Shown here: positions 19,365 to 31,300 of the stretch, one piece after another
How positions within the stretch are numbered: position 1 is the stretch's first letter
Layout of the letters: every line of letters starts with the position of its first letter
Virus record (IMG/VR): IMGVR_UViG_3300009103_000025
Location: 1,500 to 65,499 of that record
Reading direction: 5' to 3' (one strand)
Origin: a virus
Lineage: Duplodnaviria; Caudoviricetes
Length of the DNA: 64,000 nt
Notes under the pieces: generated by a model
The model's input: only the letters and a program-made list of their open reading frames with translations
What the model was told of the DNA's origin: nothing
Database searches by the model: none
Made by a program: the position numbers and the translations under genes

Positions 19365-22310
19365 ATGGCAATTAAATACTTAGCAGGCAACAGATTAACT
19401 GGATTATCTACTGATACAAAACCTACAACTGTAGCAACAAACTCTGTCTTTACTGAAACAGATACCAAAAAAGACTATATCTTTAACGGCTCTGCTTGGG
19501 TAGCAGCTGGAGTAGGTGCAACTATTGAAGGTTCTGAAATTACAGATGGTACAATATCACTAGCAAAATTAGCTTCTGGTTCAGCAAACAAAACAATCGG
19601 TTTCGATTCAAGTGGAAACCCAGCTGAATTAGCATCAAGTACTGGTGTAGGAGCTGCAAGTTCTGTTATGGCTTATGATACACAAGGTAAATATTCTAAT
19701 TACAGTCCAATTCTAGGATGTCACACTGAAAAAAGAAAGAGAGACGGAACTGGTACAGCAACTTACTGGTCTGACTTTACTACTGGACATACCACTGGAT
19801 GGTCACACAGTGGAGACGGTGCTTATATTTCTGCTGGTACACTTCACGGTCAAGCAGATGAATCAGCCTCAGTTTATGATTTATACTCAGTATTAGGAAA
19901 TAAGAAAATAGATGTAAGAAACTGGTGTTTAAGATTTGTTTTTAGACCAGCAGCTTCATCAAGAACTCAAGGTACAATTTGTATGGGATTGTCTTCAAAA
20001 AGTCAAGCTTATCATGCAAACGAACAACAGAACTTTGTAGGATTCAGATACTCAGCCGATACAGGTGCTGGTGGATGGTCATGGGGTTCATGTTATGGTT
20101 CACAAAACCCACACAGTCATGCTGGAGACGATGGTATGGGTGGTTCAATTAACTATTCACAGACAAACAATGCATGGGCACACAAAACAAGAGTTTACAT
20201 TGAGATTATCAGAGAAGGAAACAGATTTATTTTCAGAAGATATGCAGATAATGACTTTAGAGAATGTGTAGACGAATACGAACAAAACTCTGAAGCACGT
20301 AGTTATTTCACTGACTTGGATGAATCAGAAGATGGAGATTCAACAACTCAAAACGACCAAAGATTAAGATACATTAAGATTATGGGTTATAACGGAACCA
20401 CAAGTGGACAAGGCATGATGGATGCTAAAGTTGACTATGTAGGATTCTGGAATGGTAGATGTGGATTACCTTCAGCACCTTATTACTTAACAAGAAGAGC
20501 ATGGGAAAGAAACACCAATGGTACAAAACCAGCAGGCGTAACCGAAGGTGGTTATGAACACTATGGTGCAACTACATTTAGAAACTTCCCAGTTACTGGA
20601 ACTGAAAACACAAACAGTGACCATAAATGTATTGGAAATGAATCTTCAACATTCTGGGATGCAGTAGGTGTTTATATTGACGAACAAGATCATCCAGCAG
20701 TATCAAACAGATGGAATGGAGAAAGAGACTCAGAATTTAACTGGGTTAGATATTACGGTTATCCATTAAGAAGTGTATCATTCTGGCTATGGAAAGAAGG
20801 TAGCCCTACTGGTAGACTTAGAGGAGTTGTTTATGGACAAAACTCAACATCACACTTTAGAGCACGTTCAACAAACTGGATAGATGCATCAACATTATCA
20901 TCAACAGCTGGTAAGGCTAACGCTACAAAATGTGAATTTTTCTTTGATGGTTACACACCAAGAAAAGAAGACCACTTTTTAGTAGAATTAGAAGCACCAA
21001 CTAAAACAGATGCAACAGATGGTTATGCAATACCAGCACCATACTATCGTGGACAATCAGACGGTAGTACAGCAAGAGTTCACATTGCTTGTAGAAATGA
21101 TACTAACAATGACATAGATGATAACTATTCTGGTCAATGGATGAGATTAGGTTATGCATACAACAGACAATCAACATCACAATCAAGTGGAGTTCCAAAC
21201 ATGGCAAGAACAGGTTCAACTAACACAAACGGCTACTGGTTTAACAACGGTGGTATTACAAGCGATTCTAACTGGACACCATGGGTAGAATGGAAATGGG
21301 GTGCAGACATGTATTGTTCTCCAAACGAAGCAAATCCATACATAGACTGTTATGTAGGAGAAGACCAATGGAAATATGAACAACATGGTAACAGTAGAAG
21401 TAACTATGACGATTGGCAATCAGAATTATCAAGTTCAAGTCCTTACACATATTCTTGGAACACAAGTGGTACATGGGAACAAACCGATGGTACAAACCAC
21501 GCAAACTTCTGGGATAATGATTCAGATTCATTAACATCAAACACAAGTACATATTACGTAAGAAGACAAAACTTTGAAGGAGATGAGTTTGATGCTTATC
21601 GTGAAGCAGACTTTAGTTCTTACAAACACAGAACTATTATATTTAGAATATACTACAGATATGGTTCAATCATGTGGTTCGGAAGAGGTCACAGTTCAAA
21701 CACATTCACACCAGATGACACTGGTTCAACACCATTCGAAAGATTTACTACTGACGACTGGGAAGAATTAGCTTATGATGAGAACTACTATGGCAACTGG
21801 GATCATAGAGTAATTGTAGTAAGTGGTTACTTTAGATATCTAAGAATGTACTTCCACTCAAGAGCAAACGAACAAAGAGCAGAATACCAATTCTACTGGT
21901 ACTCAGACTATCCAAGAAGATATGTATCACACATAGACATAGTACCATTCAAGAAACTATACACACATAACGGTTCATCAGCTAACCAATCAACAGACTT
22001 AATGACAGCAACACAGTTAGAAATTCAAAAGAGAAATGATGACGCAGCTTCTGACAGTGACAAACCAACTTACACCACAGTAAGAACAATTAACGTATCA
22101 GCATTAACAGATAATGAATCAAACTATATCAGAGTTCCAATCGCAGACACTACATCATATAGAATTAGATGTAAAGACTCTGGAAACAAAAGAATAGCAT
22201 TCAGTTCCATCAGAGTGAAATATCACACACAAAACGATGTATCATTCAACCATGGACACCAACCAATGACTGCAACTGATGCAAGCCTACAATTAAACGG
22301 TGAAGCATAG
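19365..22310 (+). CDS. Large tail fibre/adhesin, putative receptor-binding protein
   Basis: 981 aa; N-terminal anchor (ITDGTISLAKLA) followed by Trp/Tyr/Gly-rich beta domains. Confidence 0.65.
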   Translation: MAIKYLAGNRLTGLSTDTKPTTVATNSVFTETDTKKDYIFNGSAWVAAGVGATIEGSEITDGTISLAKLASGSANKTIGFDSSGNPAELASSTGVGAASSVMAYDTQGKYSNYSPILGCHTEKRKRDGTGTATYWSDFTTGHTTGWSHSGDGAYISAGTLHGQADESASVYDLYSVLGNKKIDVRNWCLRFVFRPAASSRTQGTICMGLSSKSQAYHANEQQNFVGFRYSADTGAGGWSWGSCYGSQNPHSHAGDDGMGGSINYSQTNNAWAHKTRVYIEIIREGNRFIFRRYADNDFRECVDEYEQNSEARSYFTDLDESEDGDSTTQNDQRLRYIKIMGYNGTTSGQGMMDAKVDYVGFWNGRCGLPSAPYYLTRRAWERNTNGTKPAGVTEGGYEHYGATTFRNFPVTGTENTNSDHKCIGNESSTFWDAVGVYIDEQDHPAVSNRWNGERDSEFNWVRYYGYPLRSVSFWLWKEGSPTGRLRGVVYGQNSTSHFRARSTNWIDASTLSSTAGKANATKCEFFFDGYTPRKEDHFLVELEAPTKTDATDGYAIPAPYYRGQSDGSTARVHIACRNDTNNDIDDNYSGQWMRLGYAYNRQSTSQSSGVPNMARTGSTNTNGYWFNNGGITSDSNWTPWVEWKWGADMYCSPNEANPYIDCYVGEDQWKYEQHGNSRSNYDDWQSELSSSSPYTYSWNTSGTWEQTDGTNHANFWDNDSDSLTSNTSTYYVRRQNFEGDEFDAYREADFSSYKHRTIIFRIYYRYGSIMWFGRGHSSNTFTPDDTGSTPFERFTTDDWEELAYDENYYGNWDHRVIVVSGYFRYLRMYFHSRANEQRAEYQFYWYSDYPRRYVSHIDIVPFKKLYTHNGSSANQSTDLMTATQLEIQKRNDDAASDSDKPTYTTVRTINVSALTDNESNYIRVPIADTTSYRIRCKDSGNKRIAFSSIRVKYHTQNDVSFNHGHQPMTATDASLQLNGEA

Positions 22311-22328
22311 ATAAAGGAGTAGCCTCAA

Positions 22329-25300
22329 ATGGCTTTCCTAAAGGTTTTTCAAAGTAACCTATTTGATAACGATCTTTTCTCTATAAACCAGACACTTGGT
22401 AAAACATTTCAGGGGTCTATTTTTGATTCAGATTTATTTCAGCAAGCTCCTACAACTATAACATATGTAAGAAACCCATTCCAGTCTAATATATTCCAAA
22501 AAACATACAACAGTAAGTTATTATTCCAAAAACAATATACACAAATATCATATGGAACTATCGCTAAGTTATTCCAAACTAACATATTTGATGTAGATAT
22601 ATTCCAGCAACCTCATACAATAAATGTTTATCCAAGAAAAGTATTCCAGTCTAATATATTCCAGAAAGTATTATTCCAAACAACTCAGGTAGCTAATGCT
22701 GGTAAATATGTATTCCAATCTGGATTATTCCAAGGAAATGTGTTTGATGTACCAAATTCAATCATTAAAACAATACAAGAAATAATAGGAATAGATGAAA
22801 CAATTCCAAAGGCAATAGGATTCCCAAGAATAACATATGATGCAGTACAACTTGTTATGCAAGTATATAAGGTCATGGGTAAGACAAAATCTAGGTCAGA
22901 TTTAGAAAGAATAACAGAAGTATTCTATCATACGAGGGCTCGGAGTAAACCATTAACACCAGATGTTGAAAATGTAGTAGAATTTATCGTTTATAATAAA
23001 ACCACAGACACCACTTATGTGTTTAAGGTATTTCAATCAAATATATTCCAGAGTAACGTATTCCAATTTAAGTATAAGAGAGTTAGAGAAACAGCAAACA
23101 AAGTATTCCAATCAATATTCCAGAGTGATATATTCCAAACATCAGGTCATAAGGTACAGACAGTACCAAAAACATTCAGCAGTATATTCCAAAGTGATGT
23201 ATTCCAAGGTAGTTATGATAAGACAACTGTTAACAGAAGTGTATTCCAATCTGGTATATTCCAAGTAGGACTATTCCATCAAACAATACAGAAATTCAGA
23301 GAAGAAAGAGACACGATATCTGTATCAGAAACTGTTTCATATGCTAAGGGTAGACCACAATCTATCTCAGAAACCGTAGGAATTACAGAACAAAACAACT
23401 ACATAGAGAACGCATCTGGTAGAGAATTATCTGAGACCATAACAGAGAATGTAAACGTAAGTGAAACAACCAAATCATCTGTAGGAAAAATAAAAACTGT
23501 AAGTGAAACATCATTAGTAAATGAAACAATAGTAGGAGAGCCTGCAAGAGATCCAAATATTGTTGCTAAATTATTCCAGACAAATGTATTTGACCAAGAC
23601 ATATTCCAGAAGAGGTATCTAAAGACAGTAACATCAGTAGGAAAGGTATTCCAGACAAACATATTCCAATCAATATTCCAGCAAGCATCTAACCCACAAA
23701 CTGTAGGTAAATTATTCCAGAATAATGTATTCTCTACAAAGATATTCCAATCTGATTCATTCTTAAGGACTTCATTAGGTAAAATACAAACAATATTCCA
23801 AGTAGGAGTATTCCAGTCAACAGCATTCCAAACAAAGGTACCAATACCAAAGGTAGCACCACTTGATACTGTAGGAATAACAGAGACAACATCAACGAGA
23901 AGAATACGTGATAACTTTAAATCAGTAACTGAAACAGTAGGAATATCTGATACACCTACAAAGGTAGAAGGATTTGTAAAGACATCAAGTGATACTATAG
24001 GAATCACAGATACATTAACTAAAGTATTTGGTATTGTTAGACTTGGTTCTGACTCTGTTAATATTAATGAATCAATCTCAGTAAAGATACACAAACAAAT
24101 AGATGAAAACATCAATGTCAGTGAGTCCATAATAAGAAAGAGAGACCTAGTAAGAGTGGTTAATGAGAATGTATCAGTAACAGAATACAGATTCAAACCA
24201 GTTGAGAGAGTAAGAGTTGTAAGCGAAACTGTTAATGTTAATGAGAGTGTTGTATTCCCATGGTACAAGAACATAACAGAAATAGAAAACATAAACGAGT
24301 TAGTAGTTAGGGCAAGAACAATACTAAGAACAATAACTGATAACATTGAAATTAATGAAAGTGGAACACCAAAACACTATGCAATAGAACCAAGTTATGT
24401 AAGCAAAGTATTCCAAACCAATGTATTCCAGCAAGATGTATTCCAGAAACTATATGATAAGAATGCAGTTAAACCAATAATATTCCAGTCTAATGTATTC
24501 CAGTCTGATATATTCCAGCAAAAACTACAACCATTAGAAAGAACTGTAGGTTCAATATTCCAGACTAATGTATTTGCAACCAATGTATTCCAGAAAACAT
24601 TTGATGCAACTGCACCACTTAATAGATTATTCCAGAGAAATGTATTCCAGTCTGATGTATTCCAGAAGAGATACCAACTATCAACTGCTGTTAAGAAAGT
24701 ATTTGATGGAGATGTATTCCAGAATAAAGTATTCCAGACTAAAGCATTTGATACTGCTATCACAGTTTCAAGACCAGTGTTCTCAGGTATTTACCAATAC
24801 CCACTGTTCCAAGCACCAGAACCAGTAAAGAAGTTTGTCGAAGATACAGAAGAGATAGTTGAAACATTAAGAGTAGTATTTGGTTCATCTCAGAGACCTA
24901 CTGATGTAATAAATGTTACAGAAGCATTATCTAGAGCAAGGACATTAGTAAGAAGTGTTAGTGAAACTGTTAATGTAATAGATACACCAGCACTATTCAA
25001 ACAAAGAACATGGAAGATAGCAATACCTGAAACAGTAGGAATTACTGATGAGATATTAACAAAGAAGAGACAGGTTACATACTTTGTCAATAAAGTATTC
25101 CAAACTAATATCTTTGACCAAGATATATTCCAGAAGAGATGGGATGAACATAGAATCGTACCAAAACTATTCCAAACTAACATATTTGACACTGATGTAT
25201 TCCAGCAAACATTCAACAGGTTTACTATTCCAGCTGTATTCCAATCTAATGTATTCAGTGGTAAATTCTGGCAGAAAGGATATGACACTAGAAAACTTGG

Positions 25301-28300
25301 TAAGTTTGTATTCCAGCCTTATGTATTTGATAGTGATGTATTCCAAGCACCAATTAGTAAGAAGGATGTCGTATATGATACAGTTAACATTAGTGAGGCA
25401 GTAAACAAAGTAGAAGGATTTGTAAAGGCTGTTAGTGATACTGTAGGTATTACAGAAGGAGTTAATGTATTAAAACAAAGAACAATAACAAAGACTGTTA
25501 CAGAGAATGTAAACGTAAGCGAGATAAACAACAGAGCAGTTCCACTAGTTAGAACTATCAATGAAAATGTATCTGTAATAGACCTTACCAAACATAAGAA
25601 AGAGCAAACAATATTCACAATTCCAAGAGTATTCCAAACTAATGTGTTTGATAATGATGTATTCCAGCAATTATGGGATCCATCTAGTACCTCTGTTAGT
25701 AAAGTATTCCAGTCTAACATATTTGATACCGACTTATTCCAGCAAGGATATAACACAAACATTAAGCCAGCTGTATTCCAGTCTAACGTATTCAATAATA
25801 AAGTATTCACTACAAAGGTATTCAACATACTAAAGAAATCAACTGTAGTATTCCAATCATTTGTGTTCCAGTCTAATACATTCCAGTCTGCAATAGGTAG
25901 AGCAAAATCAGTTTACGAATCAATAGGAATTACAGATGCATCTGCAATAGTGAAAGGATTTGTTAAGACTGCTACAGATAGTGTAGGTGTGTCAGAAACA
26001 ACACAAAGTATTGTTAGAAAGACACTAACAAAGACTGTTACAGACACTGTTTCATTAAGTGAGACACTAGCAAGGGCAACACCAAAGAAGATTACATTAA
26101 CAGAGAATGTATCTGTACTTGATACATATTCATCTTACTTCAAGAAACAGACAATATTCACTATCCCAAGAGTATTCCAGACTAACATATTTGATAATGA
26201 TGTGTTCCAGCAGTTATGGGATCCATCTAGTACAAGTGTTACAAAGGTATTCCAGAGTAATATATTTGACAGTGATGTATTCCAGACATCAACATTTGAT
26301 ACCACTGTTACACCAGCAGTATTCCAAAGTAATGTATTCAATAACAAGGTATTCACTACAAAGATATTTGATAGTAAGACTATATCAACTGTAGTATTCC
26401 AGCCTTATGTATTCCAGAGTACTGCATTCCAATCTGCAATAGGTAGGTCAAAGACAATATATGACATAGAAGGAATAGTTGAATCAACATCAATAGTTAA
26501 GGGAGATGTTGTACCTACTGCTGATACTGTAGGAGTAACTGAACAAGTCAACAGTATTGTAAGAAAGACAGTTAAAGCAACTGTTACAGAAACTGTCAGT
26601 GTAACTGAAGCAAACAATAGGGCTGTACCAAAATTCATAACTGTAACTGACAATGTTGCAATTAAAGATGATAAGACATCATACTTAGACAAACAGGTAA
26701 TATTTACTATCCCAGCAGTATTCCAGACCAATGTATTCGATGGTGATGTATTCCAGAAGCTATGGGATCCATCTAGTACAACTGTTAAGAAAGTGTTCCA
26801 GTCTAATGTGTTTGACCAAGATGTATTCCAGAAACAATACATTACAACAACAGTTCCAAAAGTATTCCAAACCAATGTATTCCAACAGAATATATTCCAG
26901 AAAGCAACAGACACCACAAAGAAACAAACATCTGTATTCCAACAGGGAGTATTCCAGCCAGATGTATTCCAAGCACCTACAGCACTTAACAAGGCAGTTT
27001 ATGATACTATTGGTATTACAGATAGTGAGAATCATAGATTTGGATTTGTTAAGACTGCAAGTGATAGTATCGGTATTTCAGAATCAACATTCTCTGGTAA
27101 GGGTAAGACAGTATCAGTCGTTGATAATGTATCATTAATAGAAACAACACAGAAAGTTATACAGAAGGTACAGGTAATAATAGATACTGTAAAGTCTATA
27201 GATACTACAGTACCATTCAGATGGAGAACTGTTACATTCATTTACAGTCCATTCCAATCCAATGTATTCCAATCCAATGTATTCCAAGACAGATATGAAA
27301 TATTCCCAAGTGGTAGACGTAGAGAAAAGATTGAGAAGGTATTCAGTAGTATATACCAAAGCGATGTATTCCAAGGAGACATATACGACACCAATCTGGT
27401 CTATAGAGTATTCCAGCCTACAATATTCCAGCAACCTTCATTCAGTTATCCAAAGGCAATATTCCAGAGAACATATTACAAGTCTGACATTGAAGAGAAA
27501 GAGACAAAGATATACCAAGAGAATATATTCCAGCATAACGTATTTGCAACAAGAACACCTCTACACATAGAGGAACTAAACCACTATGTAATAGAAGAAG
27601 TAGGAATAACGGAGTCAATATCTGTTAAGAAGGAGTCATTTGTATCTGTAGTAGAGAATGTATCTATTGGAGAAGCCACACAACCAGTAAGAACATTCAA
27701 CAAGACAATTACAGAACCAGCAGTATCTATCACTGAAAGTGTAGATAAAGCAAGAGAGATGAGTAGAATTGTTGATGAGAATGTATCTATAACAGAAACA
27801 ACTGGTAGACTACTGAACAAGTTCAAGGCTGTTGCAGAATCAGTTACAGTATCTATATTCCAAGGAGTACAAGAAAGAGCAAGAACAATCTCAAGAACTG
27901 TAACAGATAATGTAAGTGTCAGTGAGACAAAACAATACGCTATAGGATTAATCAGGTGGATATCAGACTCTGTAGGTATCACTGAAGCATTCAACAGATT
28001 CAGAGGTATTGCAAGACCAATAGCAGAAACAATCAATGTATCTGAAGGAACTGATAGAGTAAGAACATTGATTAGACATGTAGCAGAAAGTGTACCAATC
28101 AATGAGGCTGTAATAAAAGCAAGAACATTAATCAGAGTATTCACTGAGTCATTATCTGTAAGCATATGGCAACTCAATAAGAGATCAAGAGTACTTGCAA
28201 GAACAATAGGTGAGAGTATATCCATTGCAGAATCTAAATACAAGAAGATTGAAATAATCAGAGTAATAACAGACACTGTAGGTATCACTGAACTTATTAC

Positions 28301-31300
28301 AAGATTCACTGAGAAATTCAGAAAGATATCTGAGAGTATAGCAGTTAATGAATCATTAGTAAGAGTTAGAACATTAATTAGAAAACTATCAGATAATGTC
28401 AGTGTATCTGAATCAGTTGTAAGAACAAGAGAGATACTAAGAATATTAACAGAGTCTCTAGGAATTACAGATGTAGTTACAACATTCAGAGATAGGTTCC
28501 AAGCAATATCTGATATAGTTGAGATAGTTGACTTCAGAGGTAGAGTAAGAGAGTTAATCAGAGTCATAGTCAATGAGACCGTGGGTATTACTGAATCATT
28601 AGTAAGACTAAGAGTATTAAACAGAGTGGTTAATGAAGTAACTAACATCAGTGAAACAATTACAAGATTCACTCAGAAGTTCAGAACAATCACTGAGAAT
28701 GTTTCAATAACTGAGGCAGTAGATAAGGTTAGAACAATAATAAGAACACTCACAGATAATGTAGGTATCACAGAAACAATAACTAGAGTAAGAGAATTAG
28801 TTAGGGCTATAAGTGATTCTGTAACAGTCAATATATTCCAAGGTAGATTCAGAGTACTTGCAAGAACAATAGCAGACTCTGTTGAAGTGTCTGAATCATT
28901 AGTAAGAGTAAGAGGATTAATAAGAATACTATCTGAGAATACAATCATATCTGAATCAATCACAAGATTCACTGAGAAGTTCAGAAGTGTTACAGAGAAT
29001 GTAGCAGTTAATGAATCAATAATAAGAGTAAGAGAATTGTTGAGAATGATATCTGATAATGTCAACATATCAGAGTCTGTAGTAAGAGTGAGAGAATTAA
29101 TCAGAATGATTAGTGACTCTGTAGGATTAACAGATGTAATAACAACATTAAGAGAGAGATTCCAAGCAGTGTCTGACACCGTAACTATAGAAGACTTCAG
29201 AGGTAGAGCAAGAGAGTTAATTAGAATCATAGTAACTGAAACGGTGGGAGTTACTGAGTCATTAGTAAGAACAAGAACACTGAATAGAATCATTAGTGAG
29301 ATTACCAATATATCTGATACAATCCCACACTTTAAGACAATAAGTAAGGCAGTTGCAGATACTGTTGAGATAATCGAGACAGCAGTTAAGCAATATGTAA
29401 TCATGAGAATGATTAATGAATCTGTTACAATATCTGAGAGTGTATTAAGAACCAGAGTACTTAATAGAATCATCAATGAGATAGTTAATGTAACTCAGTT
29501 CCAAGGAAAGGTAGCTGAACTGGTCAAGATAATTAGTGAGTCTGTAGGAATAACAGAATCAATAGTAAGACTAAGAGACCTAATAAGAATCATTAATGAG
29601 ACAGTTAATGTCAATGAGGTTACAAAGATTCTACACTTCTTACAAAGAACAATAACTGAACCAGCAGTAGTAATATCTGAGAATGTAATAAGAAGTAGAG
29701 TACTTAACAGAATCATCAATGAGATTGTCAACGTATCTCAATTCCAAGGCAAGGTAGCTGACATTGTTAAGATAATAACTGAAACAATAGGTGTATCTGA
29801 CAGCATAGTAAGACTGATTGGTAGAGTAAGAATCATTGCAGAATCTGTAGACATAACAGAAACAAAGGTCAGAATAAGAGAAATTGTTAGAATGTTAACA
29901 GATACTGTCAACGTTAATGAGATTACAGACAGAGTAAGAGACTTAATCAGAATGATATCTGACACTGTAACAATAGATGACTTCAGAGGAAGAGCCAGAG
30001 AACTAATTAGAATAGTAGTAACTGAAACTGTCAACGTATTAGAGAACGCAACAAAAGCAAGAAGTATCATAAGAACAATAGCAGATGCAACATTGGGTAT
30101 TACAGAATCAATAGTAAGGTTCAGAGAGATCTCACGCATACTATCAGATACTATCAATACTAACGAGACTTTAGATACTATTAGAAACAGATTTGGTATA
30201 ATAACAGAATCTGTAATCATCTGGGAGAGTATAGAGAGAGCAAGAACATTAATCAGAAACATTGCTGATACTGTAACAATAGATGACTTTAGAGGTAGGG
30301 CTAGAGAACTAATTAGAATAATAGTCAGTGAGACTGTATCAATAGGAGAGTCAATAGTAAGACAATCTACAATAACCAGAGCATTTACTGAGGCTGTAAC
30401 AATAACAGAATCAGTATTAAGAACCAGAGAATTGACCAGAATATTATCTGACACAATCAATGTATCTGATATAGTAGGTAGAATACGAGAACTATCAAGA
30501 ATAATCAGCGATACTGTATCAATAGATGACTTCAGAGGAAGAGTAAGAGAATTAATCAGAATAATAGTCAATGAATCGGTGGGTATTACTGAAACTACAA
30601 AGTTCGCAATAGGAAAGTTCAGATCAATAGCAGATACTGTAATCATTACAGAAGGATTTGCAAAGGTTCAAGGTATAGCAAGAACCGTTGCATTAGATGC
30701 AGTTAACATCACTGAGTCTGTATTGAGAACCAGAGAGTTGAGCAGAATCATCAATGAGATAGTTAACATATCTCAATTCCAAGGTAAATTAGCAGATATA
30801 ATAAGAGTAATAGATGAGACTGTTAACATCTCAGAAACTGTTGTAAGAGTAAGAGACTTACTAAGACATGTTACAGACAGTGTGACAGTAACACAGTTCA
30901 GACAAAGACTAAGAGACTTAGTAAGAGTAGACACTGCTATTGTACATATCATAGAAGGAATACCAAAACAACTAGGATTGTCCAAGGTAATAAACGAGGA
31001 TGTTAACATCACTGAGTTTAGAAATGTATTCAACAATTTGATATTAATTATCAATGAGACAATACATGTAACAGAATCATTCATACTATTGGTAAGATTC
31101 GGATTTGGATTGGTCACTGGTTCAATAGGTTCATCTGTAGTACAAAACACATTGAGAACACACAATAAGACAGCAGATGTTGTAACAGCATTGAGAGATA
31201 AATCTATCAAGATATATATGAACAGTAAATCATTGAAAGAAGAGGCTAAGAGTAAGGCTGAAAGAGTGGCTGATAAAGCAAAGTCAGTCGCAACTGAGGC

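Noticed and set aside
23399-31210. Long antisense ORFs (up to 362 aa) and alternative-frame YS-rich ORFs within the giant gene
   Set aside because: Shadows of the repetitive, codon-biased sense gene; they mirror its repeats and lack promoters
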